Shown in pieces: positions 16,610 through 25,462 of a stretch of DNA of 59,310 nucleotides. Origin of the DNA: a bacterium (GTDB lineage Bacteria; Patescibacteriota; Minisyncoccia; UBA6257; JAGOQP01); the NCBI GenBank assembly GCA_021812345.1, contig JAKANP010000004.1:1-59310 (forward strand). Reading direction: 5' to 3'. The position numbers and the translations under genes were made by a program. The notes below the pieces were generated by a model, which saw nothing but the letters and a program-made list of their open reading frames with translations, had not been told where the DNA came from and did no database searches. Every line of letters starts with the position of its first letter. Within the stretch, counting starts at the first letter, position 1.

Positions 16610-17410
16610 ATGAGATCCGTAGAGCCAAAGGTTTTTTTGATAGGAGAAACTCGGGTTATTGAATCGGAACTTTCCGAATATCTTAAACATATTAATGCTG
16701 GCGATTGGACTTCAAATGCGCCCACCGATTCTGAAAAATTGGTTGAATTTTATGGTCGTCTTTGCTATCGCAGTTTTAAGCCAAAAATGAATCCTAATGT
16801 CAGTAAAATCAGAAACAGCAACGATCAATATCTGGCGAATCTTGAAAAAACTCATCATGGTTCGGTGTTGGAGCATGTCAACTTCAATTTTGTTTTTGCC
16901 GATGTATCCAGAGTTTTTACTCATGAGCTTGTTCGCCATCGGGCGGGGGTTGCTATTTCTCAAGAAAGTTTGCGTTATGTGAGATTGGATGATTTGGGTC
17001 AATGGTTGCCGACTGTTGTCCGCGAAGATGAAAGGGCGATGACTGTTTTTGTCAACACATTCAAAGAACTCGAATTACTTCAAAAAGAATTGGCAATATT
17101 GTATGAATTGGATAAAGTTGACGAGTCGGGCAAAGAAAAGAATTTTGAATTCAAAAAGAAAATTACTTCGGCCATGCGGAGAATTGCTCCCATAGGTCTT
17201 GCCACAACTATCGGCTGGTCGGCAAATGCCAGAGCTCTAAGATGGGTTCTTGAGATGAGAACCGACCCAAGCGCCGAAGAGGAAATTCGTTTTGTCTTCG
17301 GAAAAGTCGGAGAAATAGTTTGCAAGAGATATTCCAATCTTTTTGGTGATTTTGAATCAAAGATTGTTGACGGACTTCCTTGTTATAAGCCAATTAACAG
17401 TAAAGTTTAA
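16610..17410 (+). CDS. thyX: FAD-dependent thymidylate synthase
   Basis: ThyX signature RHRAGVAISQESLRY (RHR..S....S.RY), RBS AAGGAGGA, and a terminator at 17423-17455. Confidence 0.92.
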   Translation: MRSVEPKVFLIGETRVIESELSEYLKHINAGDWTSNAPTDSEKLVEFYGRLCYRSFKPKMNPNVSKIRNSNDQYLANLEKTHHGSVLEHVNFNFVFADVSRVFTHELVRHRAGVAISQESLRYVRLDDLGQWLPTVVREDERAMTVFVNTFKELELLQKELAILYELDKVDESGKEKNFEFKKKITSAMRRIAPIGLATTIGWSANARALRWVLEMRTDPSAEEEIRFVFGKVGEIVCKRYSNLFGDFESKIVDGLPCYKPINSKV

Positions 17411-17511
17411 TAACTTAAAACTATCCGCCAAAGCAATCGGCGGATTTTATTTTCTTGATTTTTTTGTTTTTTAATAATATATTTTTGACGGCACAAAAAA
17501 GGGGGATAAAA

Positions 17512-17829
17512 ATGCCTTCTGAAAATGAAAAGAAGATTTTTACCAAAGAGTATTTCGATAAATTTGAAGAACCTGCCAGGCAGATTCTGAAAATTGCCCA
17601 TCAAGCAATGGAAAATAAACAAGCTCCAAATTTTATTGAGATTGGAAGGATTGAAAAGCTAATGAAAATGTCAGCGATACTTTTGGAAGATATGGGACTT
17701 ATTCGCAGAGCGTTGGAATCTATTGAAGTTTATTTTTTGACCGAAAAGGGCGAAGAATTTTACAAGAAATGGCTCGATTCAAAGACTGCCGGAGTTCAAA
17801 AAAAACTTTTTCCCGATAATGGATGCTAG
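17512..17829 (+). CDS. Small hypothetical protein, possibly winged-helix (start moved to an internal ATG)
   Basis: RBS GGGGGA lies before ATG 17512. The ORF-track start at 17455 overlaps the thyX terminator. LLEDMGLIRR...YFLTEKGEEF resembles a wHTH recognition helix plus wing; this is weak. Confidence 0.5.
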   Translation: MPSENEKKIFTKEYFDKFEEPARQILKIAHQAMENKQAPNFIEIGRIEKLMKMSAILLEDMGLIRRALESIEVYFLTEKGEEFYKKWLDSKTAGVQKKLFPDNGC

Positions 17830-17884
17830 TTGTTATTTTAATAAGCCGCCATCAAAGCGGCTTTTGTTTTGTAATAAGAAAAAA

Positions 17885-19141
17885 TTATTTTGTGGCATTA
17901 TAGAGAGCGGATATTTCACTTGCGGAGAGGGCGCGGCTGTATGCCCGAACATCGTCAATTTGCCCCTTAAATGATTCTGACCCGTCACATATTGCTCCTA
18001 TGCAAAATTTAGTCGAGTTCTGGACTAAAGATGACGCTCCAGGACCACTAAAAACACTCGCGCCATTATCATAAATCGTTATTGAAGAATATGTATTATA
18101 TACCAGGGCAACTTGCTGCCAAGTATTATCAGCAGACGTACTTGAGGCGCTCACCGATGTCCAACTGCCATTATACCAACCGAAGTTTATAGTCCCCGAT
18201 AATAATTGTAGTTGGTAATGAGCAAATGACGTACTCCCGTCTCTTCTAGTTATAATTTGATGACCGCAGCCGGAACATCCAGTTTTTACCCAGGCGACCA
18301 AAGTAAAAGCATTGGAAAAATTATAGAGATTGGAAGTGCCCACATACACATAGTCGTTTGTTCCATTAAAATTTCCCGCGTAAGATCCAATCTTACCACT
18401 AGTATAGTAAGGCGTTGCGCCGCTCCATGTCCCATTATTCCCATTTCCACTCTTGTCATAAGCGGTAGTCCCGGAACCTTCATCAAACGGCCAGTATCCA
18501 ACAAGTCCGGTATTGTTATATATGGGAGAAAGAGTTAGATTATTTCCTTTAGCATATACTCCGGGAAGATTGGATTTGGTAAGGGTGGTATTATCTCTGT
18601 ATTTATTGGATTCAAATATGGCATCCAGTTCCCAAGATCCTCCTGAGGTATAGGTATAATAATCTCCTGTAGAGGTGGAGTTGATGGGGTCTATGGGTAA
18701 AGAAGAGAAGGAAAGGGTTGGAGATTGGGTAAAGTCAACAGGAATCCATCCGGTTCCATTGACACTTTGGAGAGTAGAGGTGGAGACACAATGATAAGAA
18801 TAATTGGAAGGTAGAGTGGGAAGACCTAAGTTGGCGCAAGTGGAAGTGGAATCAGGGATTGAGACATAGACGGTATTAGCTAGTCCGAAGTTGGTTACTC
18901 CTTGGGTTTCTAAGACATTTAAGGCCTGATTGATGGAGCCTAAGTCATTCATTCTGGTGACATCTCTGGTTTGTTTGAGATATTCTGCGGGGTTTAGGAT
19001 GATTATAACTGCTGCGGTTAATATAGCTAAAATACCTATGACTACTAGAAGTTCTATCAATGTAAAAGAGGATCTTGCCCTGAGCTTGTCAAAGGGTCTT
19101 GCCTTTAACTTGCTAAAGAGTTTGTCAGATATTTTAGACAT
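17885..19141 (-). CDS. Type IV pilin-like protein fused to a LamG/concanavalin-A-like lectin domain
   Basis: ...RARSS|FTLIELLVVIGILAILTAAVIIILNP is a prepilin signal. The first ~190 aa are paralogous to the giant pilin (LNPAEYLKQTRD / LNPVQYLKQSRD; YVSIPDSTSTCANLGLP / YVSLVDPGSSSCADLGLP; GTGWIPVDF / GTGWLPINL). The C-terminus LVGYWPFDEGSGTTAYDKSGNGNNG...FTLVAWVK...QIDDVRAYSRALSASEI is a classic LamG (Laminin_G_3) pattern. Confidence 0.85.
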   Translation of the reverse strand: MSKISDKLFSKLKARPFDKLRARSSFTLIELLVVIGILAILTAAVIIILNPAEYLKQTRDVTRMNDLGSINQALNVLETQGVTNFGLANTVYVSIPDSTSTCANLGLPTLPSNYSYHCVSTSTLQSVNGTGWIPVDFTQSPTLSFSSLPIDPINSTSTGDYYTYTSGGSWELDAIFESNKYRDNTTLTKSNLPGVYAKGNNLTLSPIYNNTGLVGYWPFDEGSGTTAYDKSGNGNNGTWSGATPYYTSGKIGSYAGNFNGTNDYVYVGTSNLYNFSNAFTLVAWVKTGCSGCGHQIITRRDGSTSFAHYQLQLLSGTINFGWYNGSWTSVSASSTSADNTWQQVALVYNTYSSITIYDNGASVFSGPGASSLVQNSTKFCIGAICDGSESFKGQIDDVRAYSRALSASEISALYNATK

Positions 19142-19312
19142 ATTTATTAATTATTATTTAGTTTAATAATAACATACTTTTTAAGGGGGGGGGTAGTGGA
19201 TAAGTTAGTTAGGAAATTATTTTTTTTAGGTTTCGTATTTTGTAGTCTTAGTGGGGGTTGATTATTGGTTGTTTTTGATATTAAATAAAACAGGACATAT
19301 ATTATTTTTCTT

Positions 19313-19387
19313 GGCCCTATCGTCTAGCCTGGTCTAGGACACAGGATTTTCATTCCTGGAACTCGGGTTCAAATCCCGATGGGGTCA
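19313..19387 (+). tRNA. tRNA-Glu (TTC)
   Basis: Acceptor GGCCCTA/TGGGGTC (two G-U pairs); anticodon arm CAGGA-TTTTCAT-TCCTG; T arm TCGGG-TTCAAAT-CCCGA. Confidence 0.9.
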
Positions 19388-19399
19388 CAAAAACAAAAA

Positions 19400-19430
19400 C
19401 ATACCCGCGCAAGCGGGATGTTTTGTTTTT
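19400..19430 (+). terminator. Intrinsic terminator after tRNA-Glu
   Basis: CATACCCGC-GCAA-GCGGGATG followed by TTTTGTTTTT. Confidence 0.75.
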
Positions 19431-19622
19431 GCCCTCTGGATTTGAACGGCGAACTCCCGTGTTGGAAAATAGGAACGTAAGAAACCCGAAGGTTTCTTAA
19501 GCGGGGGTCGGGGGTGAGCGGTGAAATTCCCGATGGATTTTAAATAAGGAAGCGACGTGAAATTCCCGCCTTGCCCGTCCGTAGCTTAAGCGAAGGAGGG
19601 ATGGCTTGCCTGCCGGTAGGCA

Positions 19623-19642
19623 GGGGTCACAAAATAAAAAAA
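19623..19642 (+). repeat. Imperfect direct repeat of the tRNA-Glu 3' end and flank
   Basis: GGGGTCACAAAATAAAAAAA matches GGGGTCACAAAAACAAAAAC (19381-19400) at 17 of 20 positions by my count. Additional T-arm-like fragments lie at ~19519-19537 (GGTGAAATTCCCGATGG) and ~19553-19570. Confidence 0.75.
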
Positions 19643-19661
19643 TCGCCTCAAGGGCGATTTG

Positions 19662-19901
19662 CTATTTATTATTTTCCGATGGCGGAGTAGCAATGCAAGT
19701 CAGTCTATTAGCTGTTTCGTTAATTTTTATTTCAACAGTTCCCTTATCGCACCCCAAATTCTTAAAACACGCTCCCATCTCTTCCTTGATAGTTTTCATT
19801 TCCGAGAGATTAAATCCTCCACTGATGGTGATGATTAATTGATTGCCCCAATATTTGATATCCAGTAAAACTTTGCGATTGGAGAAATTGAGTTCTTGCA
19901 T
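19662..19901 (-). CDS. Small hypothetical protein
   Basis: 79 aa. RBS GAAGGGA lies ~8 nt before the ATG. A hairpin plus T-run on the minus strand (AAATCGCCC-TTGA-GGCGATTTTTTT) sits right after the stop. No family was recognised. Confidence 0.45.
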   Translation of the reverse strand: MQELNFSNRKVLLDIKYWGNQLIITISGGFNLSEMKTIKEEMGACFKNLGCDKGTVEIKINETANRLTCIATPPSENNK

Positions 19902-20106
19902 TGTGGTTTCCCTTCTTGAGTCCTAAAACGATTATCTCTCATAAATAAGACGAAATCAATTTGACGAATTATTGTTCCCCCGGCCAACACCCCAATGATG
20001 TCTCTCATCGTCTTGGCGCTCATAAATATTCCGGATAAAATTTATCTGCTTGCAATTTGCCATCATGTGCTATAATTGGCTAAAAATAAAACATAATCAA
20101 TAAAAA

Positions 20107-21834
20107 ATGGACCCGGTTCAAGAAATAAAAAACAAATTAGATATAGTGGATATAGCAAAAGAAAGAATTTCTTTAATTCCCGCAGGAAAAAACTTTAAAG
20201 CTTTATGTCCTTTTCATAAAGAAAAAACCCCCTCTTTTATTATCTCTCCCGAAAGACAAACCTGGCATTGCTTTGGATCGTGCAATGAGGGCGGGGATAT
20301 TTTTAGCTTCATAATGAAATATGAACATCTTGAATTTTATGAAGCGCTTTCGATGTTGGCTCAGATAGCCGGAGTGGAGCTTAAAAGAATCAGTCCTCAA
20401 AATCAAAAAGAATTCGGGGTGCTTTATGACATTAATAAATCGGCGGAAGATTTTTTTGCCGGACAGCTCTCAAGCGAAGAAAAATCTCAAAAATATTTAA
20501 CCGGTAGAGGATTAAAGACGGAAACCATAAAAGAATTTGCAATAGGTTTTGCCCCCGCTCAAAAAGATGCTTTGATTTTGCATTTAGTCAATGCCGGGTA
20601 TGATATAGCCGATGTTGAAAGAGCGGGATTGGCCTTTAAAACCGAAAGAGGAACGTATATGGACAGATTCAGAGGAAGAATAATGTTCCCCATAAAAAAT
20701 ACTTTTGGAAAAATTGTCGGATTTTCCGGAAGAATTTTGCCCGAATATGACGATGGAAATTCCGGAAAATACATCAATAGTCCGGAGACTCCCATTTTTA
20801 ATAAATCGAGAACTCTTTATGGATTTGACGCATCAAAACAATATATAAGAGAAACCGGCGTGGCGATGTTGGTTGAGGGACAGATGGATTTTTTGATGCT
20901 CTATCAGGACGGAGTGCATAATGTCTGCGCTACTTCGGGAACAGCTTTAACTCAAAGGCATCTGGAAATTTTGAAAAAAATATCGGAAAGATTGATCTTG
21001 GCCTTTGATAGCGACAACGCCGGAATAATTGCCTCCGAGCGGGCAATTGATATGGCTCACGCTATGGATTTTGTCGTTAATATTTTTATTTTGGACGACG
21101 CTAAAGATTCGGCGGAGTATATTCAAAAAAATCCGGGAAAAATCAAAAGATTGATAGAATCGTCTTCAATTTCCGCTCTTGAATTTTATTTAAAGCGTTA
21201 TGTTGATAATGTTCCCGAATATCAGATTAAGGCGAAAATCAGGCATATTTTGGAAAAAGTTATTTTGATTTACAGCCCGCTTGAACAGGGGCGTTGGCTT
21301 AGAAAAATATCCGAGCATTCTAAAATTTCCGAACAATCGCTGGTTGAAGAATTTAATTTGCTAAAGAAAAAGTCCATCAAAAAAGAAGAAGAAAAAATAA
21401 AATCGGATTTATCGCAAGAATTGGAGTTAAAAAACAGGAGCGAGCGAATTGCTATGGAGCTTTTAATTTTGGTGGCAATGAGCCAACCGTTGATTTCAAA
21501 AATAGATGAAGTAAGAGCCTTTTTGCCGGAAGATTTTATTATGGCGTTGGATTATTTAAAAGGCGCCAAAGAAGAAACGAAAGAAAATTTGAAAGGCATG
21601 GATATAGGCCGTTATGCCGAGATGAAAGCATCTTTGAGATACGGAGAAATAGAGCAGGATAAAATACCTTTTGAAGTTAATGTGCTGTGCCAGGAATTAA
21701 AGAAGGAATATTATAGAGAAAAAAAGGAAGAGATACTCGCCAAGATAAAAGTTTTGGAAAAAAGCGGAAAAACAGAGAAAATAGCCGATGCTTTAAAGGA
21801 ATTTGACGAAATAGCAAAATTAGTTAATAATTAG
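20107..21834 (+). CDS. dnaG: DNA primase
   Basis: CHC2 zinc finger [25 protein letters not shown]-like (CPFH...HCFGSC), Toprim region EGQMDFL...DSDNAG, and the conserved dnaG-rpoD linkage. An extended -10 TGcTATAAT lies upstream. Confidence 0.92.
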   Translation: [575 protein letters not shown]

Positions 21835-21904
21835 GTTAATTAATGTCGTCTTTTAAACCGGTGGAATTTGTATCGTAAATCAGTTTGATAAAGCTGTTTT
21901 TGCG

Positions 21905-23197
21905 ATGGCAAGAGCCGGTAAATTATTTTTTATGAAGAAAAAAAATAAAAAAATAAAAAAATCGAAAAAGTCCAAAAAAGTTTCAAAAAAACGAAAATCT
22001 AAAATTTCCGTTCGTGTTAAAAAAACGAAGAAAATAAAAAAATCAAAAACGACAAAAAAGAAAAAGATATCTTCAAAAAAATCGAAAAAAACATCTTCCG
22101 GTTCAAAAACAAAAAAGAAAAAAATAATTTTTGACGAAAAATCAATTGCCGAACTTATCGAAAGGGGTAAGGGCAGGGGATTTGTTACCGACTCCGAAAT
22201 TTTATCAATTTTTCCGAATATTGAACTAAGTGTTGATTTTTTGGAAGAAATTTATTCTCAATTGGATGAAAGAAATATAAAAGTTGTTGAAGTGAGCCAG
22301 CTTATAGACACCAAAGACACCATAAAAGAACCGACGGTAAAAGAAGTAAGCTCGCTCGAAAATTCAGATTTGCCCGATGCTGTTCAACTTTATTTAAAAA
22401 CTATCGGAAGAACTCCTTTGCTTACCGCTCAGGATGAAAAAGATTTGGCAAAGCGTTCCGAAAGAGGCGACGAAGAAGCGCGCCATAAATTAATTCAGGC
22501 CAATTTGCGTTTGGTGGTTTCAATCGCTAAGCACTACGTTAATCGCAGTTCGCATCTTGGAATTTTGGATTTGATTCAAGAAGGGAATATTGGTCTTTCT
22601 CGCGCGGTGGATAAATTTGATTACAGAAAAGGATTTAAATTTTCCACTTATGCCACTTGGTGGATTAGGCAGGCAATAACTCGCGCTTTAGCCGATCAAT
22701 CGCGCACAATTCGCATACCGGTGCATATGGTTGAAACAATCTCAAAATATACTCAAATAAAAAGGCGCTTAGCTCAGGAATTGGGGAGGGACCCATTAGC
22801 CGAAGAAATCGCGATTGAAATGGGAATTGCAGTTGATAAAATTCGTCACATTCAGGAAATCTCACAGGAAGTTTTATCGCTCGAATCTCCTGTCGGTGAC
22901 GATGAAGATAATTCAACTTTGGCGGAGTTTGTAAAAGACGAAAAAGGATTGGCGCCCGATCAAGTCACGGCCCACTCTTTGCTTAAAGAAAAAATATCGG
23001 AAATTATGAACGATTTAACTCCGCGCGAAAGAGAAATTATAGGGATGCGTTTCGGATTGGACGATGGAGTTACCCATACTCTTGAAGAAGTGGGACAAAA
23101 ATTTGGAGTTACAAGAGAGCGCATCAGACAGATTGAAGCCAAAGCTCTTGAGAAAATGAAAGATCATGAAAAATCAAAAGCGCTTGAAGAGTATTAA
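21905..23197 (+). CDS. rpoD: Primary-type RNA polymerase sigma factor (sigma-70 family) with a polylysine N-terminal extension
   Basis: Region 2 is [37 protein letters not shown]; region 4.2 is [24 protein letters not shown]. The start could instead be ATG 21932 (MKKKNKK...). Confidence 0.9.
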   Translation: MARAGKLFFMKKKNKKIKKSKKSKKVSKKRKSKISVRVKKTKKIKKSKTTKKKKISSKKSKKTSSGSKTKKKKIIFDEKSIAELIERGKGRGFVTDSEILSIFPNIELSVDFLEEIYSQLDERNIKVVEVSQLIDTKDTIKEPTVKEVSSLENSDLPDAVQLYLKTIGRTPLLTAQDEKDLAKRSERGDEEARHKLIQANLRLVVSIAKHYVNRSSHLGILDLIQEGNIGLSRAVDKFDYRKGFKFSTYATWWIRQAITRALADQSRTIRIPVHMVETISKYTQIKRRLAQELGRDPLAEEIAIEMGIAVDKIRHIQEISQEVLSLESPVGDDEDNSTLAEFVKDEKGLAPDQVTAHSLLKEKISEIMNDLTPREREIIGMRFGLDDGVTHTLEEVGQKFGVTRERIRQIEAKALEKMKDHEKSKALEEY

Positions 23198-23644
23198 AAT
23201 TATTTAAGTTACGAAAGTACGATCCATCCTTCGCTAAAGCTACGGAGGGCGCGCCATTTTGTCATTCCAGCGAAACATTGCCACAAAATTAGGTGCCACG
23301 CTATAGCGTAGCAACAAAACAATAAATATAATAAAATAATTTTATAAAAAAATTTATTCACTTTTTCAAAATAAAAATCTTATTTATTTTTTAAAATTAA
23401 AGGCGGTTAAACATCTCATAACTGCAAGATACTTAACAAAAATATTTTCTATTATTTTTCTTAATTTTATATCAGTTTATATCAAATTCTATTTCACCTT
23501 AATTTGTACGATCGTTGAAAATAAAGATAAATATAATTTCCTGGAAATAAATTTAAATCATAAACAATATTGGTATGATATCATACGTAGTTTTTAATGA
23601 GTTCTTAATTTTGATAAAGCCAATATTTTTTGTATACTAACAAT

Positions 23645-23959
23645 ATGGCTGAAATAAATGAAAAATCTCTTCAGCATTTGCTGGATTTGGCAAGAATTGA
23701 AGAAAAAGACGCTAAACGCAGAGAAAAATTATTAAAAGATATATCCAAGATTTTGGATTATTTTAACGAATTAAACGAAGTTGACACCGAAAATGTTGAA
23801 CCTTTAAGCGGGGGGACTTTTCTGTCCGATATTACAAGAGATGATGAAAAAAAATATAGAGACGCAAGTGAACACAAAAAACAAAGAGATGCTTCGGTTA
23901 ATCAATTTCCCAAAAAAGAAAATGATTATTTAAAAATTCCGCCAGTCTTTACCGACTAA
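23645..23959 (+). CDS. gatC: Asp/Glu-tRNA(Asn/Gln) amidotransferase subunit C
   Basis: INEKSLQHLLDLARIE...ILDYFNELNEVDTENVEPL is the typical GatC pattern, and the gene lies immediately upstream of gatA. The start is set at ATG 23645. TTGATA-16 nt-TATACT ends 6 nt before it, suggesting a leaderless transcript. Confidence 0.8.
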   Translation: MAEINEKSLQHLLDLARIEEKDAKRREKLLKDISKILDYFNELNEVDTENVEPLSGGTFLSDITRDDEKKYRDASEHKKQRDASVNQFPKKENDYLKIPPVFTD

Positions 23960-23985
23960 AAACTAAAGACCAAAAAATTTAAAGC

Positions 23986-25452
23986 ATGGATATAAAAAAT
24001 CTGACAATTGAAAAATATCACGAAGGTTTGAAAAACAGAGAATTTTCAATTACCGAAGCAATCGGAGAGTTTTTAAATTACGCCAAAAAAGAAAATGAAA
24101 AAATCGGCGCATTTTTAAGATTCAACGAAGAGGGGTCTTTAAAACAAGCTTCTGAATTGGATAAAAATCTGGAAGAAGGACTCAAAGAACAAGAATTGTT
24201 TGGGGTGCCGATGGGTATTAAAGATAATATTTTAATCTCCGGACAAAAAGCCACCGCCGCCTCAAAAATTTTAGAAAATTATCAGGCATCCTATGACGCG
24301 ACAGTAATATTCAAGTTAAAATCAGATGGCGCCTTGTTCATAGGAAAAACAAATTTGGATGAATTTGCCATGGGCTCGTCTACGGAAAACTCCGCTTTTA
24401 TGACCACCAGAAATCCAAGAGATTTAAGCAGGGTTCCCGGCGGTTCTTCCGGCGGTTCGGCGGCATCGGTAGCGGCAAATATGGTTTTGGGTTCTTTAGG
24501 TACGGATACCGGCGGTTCAATTAGGCAGCCGGCCGGATTTTGCGGAGTAGTCGGACTCAAGCCGACTTATGGGGCGGTATCAAGATATGGAGCTATCGCG
24601 CTTGCTTCAAGTTTGGATCAGATTGGGCCGTTTGCCAAAAACGTCAAAGATGTTGCCAAAATTTTTCAAGTTATCTCGGGGCACGATAATTTGGATTCAA
24701 CCAGCGCTAATGTTGATTATAGCGACGTTGATGATTTTAAAAATTTTAATGTTAAAAAACTGGTTATTGGGATTCCTAAGGAATATTTAATTGACGGAAT
24801 GTCCGATGAGGTAAAAAAATCTTTTAATGAAGTTGTCGGAAAAATAAAAAGAGACGGATTTGAAGTTAAAGAAATAAGTTTGCCTAACACGAAATATGCT
24901 CTCTCTTGTTATTACATAATTTTGCCGGCGGAAGCCAGCGCTAATCTTGCCAGATACGATGGATTACGATATTCCAAACCGGAAGATTTAAAAAACGAAG
25001 ATTTTAAATTGGTTGAAACTTATTTTAAAAACAGAGGAGCGGCAATCGGCGACGAACCAAGAAGAAGAATTCTTTTGGGGACTTTTGTGTTATCCTCGGG
25101 GTATTACGATGCTTATTATGCCAAGGCGCAAAAAGTAAGACGTCTTATTCTGGATGATTTTTTGAGAGCTTTCGACAGGTCATCAAATGGGGTTGATATT
25201 ATAATCGCTCCGGTTACTCCAACAACAGCTTTTAAGATCGGAGAAAAAACCGACGACCCGCTTTCGATGTATTTATCCGACATTTTTACGATTCCGGTTA
25301 ATTTGGCGGGATTGCCGGCCTTGTCTTTACCGGTAAAAAAATATTCGGATGGAAGTTTGCCGGTTAATTTTCAAATAATCGGCAAACATTTTGAAGAAAA
25401 AAGTATTCTGGCTATGGGAAATTATTATGAAAACAATTTGGCTGAAAATTAA
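23986..25452 (+). CDS. gatA: Glutamyl-tRNA(Gln) amidotransferase subunit A
   Basis: Amidase signature GGSSGGSAASVAA and GTDTGGSIRQPA; length is 488 aa. Confidence 0.93.
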   Translation: MDIKNLTIEKYHEGLKNREFSITEAIGEFLNYAKKENEKIGAFLRFNEEGSLKQASELDKNLEEGLKEQELFGVPMGIKDNILISGQKATAASKILENYQASYDATVIFKLKSDGALFIGKTNLDEFAMGSSTENSAFMTTRNPRDLSRVPGGSSGGSAASVAANMVLGSLGTDTGGSIRQPAGFCGVVGLKPTYGAVSRYGAIALASSLDQIGPFAKNVKDVAKIFQVISGHDNLDSTSANVDYSDVDDFKNFNVKKLVIGIPKEYLIDGMSDEVKKSFNEVVGKIKRDGFEVKEISLPNTKYALSCYYIILPAEASANLARYDGLRYSKPEDLKNEDFKLVETYFKNRGAAIGDEPRRRILLGTFVLSSGYYDAYYAKAQKVRRLILDDFLRAFDRSSNGVDIIIAPVTPTTAFKIGEKTDDPLSMYLSDIFTIPVNLAGLPALSLPVKKYSDGSLPVNFQIIGKHFEEKSILAMGNYYENNLAEN

Positions 25453-25462
25453 AATATAAAAT

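Noticed and set aside
19606-19842. 78-aa + strand ORF beginning MPAGRQGSQNKK
   Set aside because: It starts inside the palindromic GC-rich repeat (CTGCCGGTAGGCAGG) and runs antisense to the 79-aa minus-strand ORF, which has an RBS and a terminator. It is probably an artefact of the repeat.
19835-20023. 62-aa minus-strand ORF upstream of and overlapping the 79-aa ORF (possible two-gene TA-like pair or frameshifted gene)
   Set aside because: It has no RBS and a 67-nt out-of-frame overlap, and it has no recognisable motif. I could not support either a frameshifted single gene or a toxin-antitoxin pair from sequence alone.
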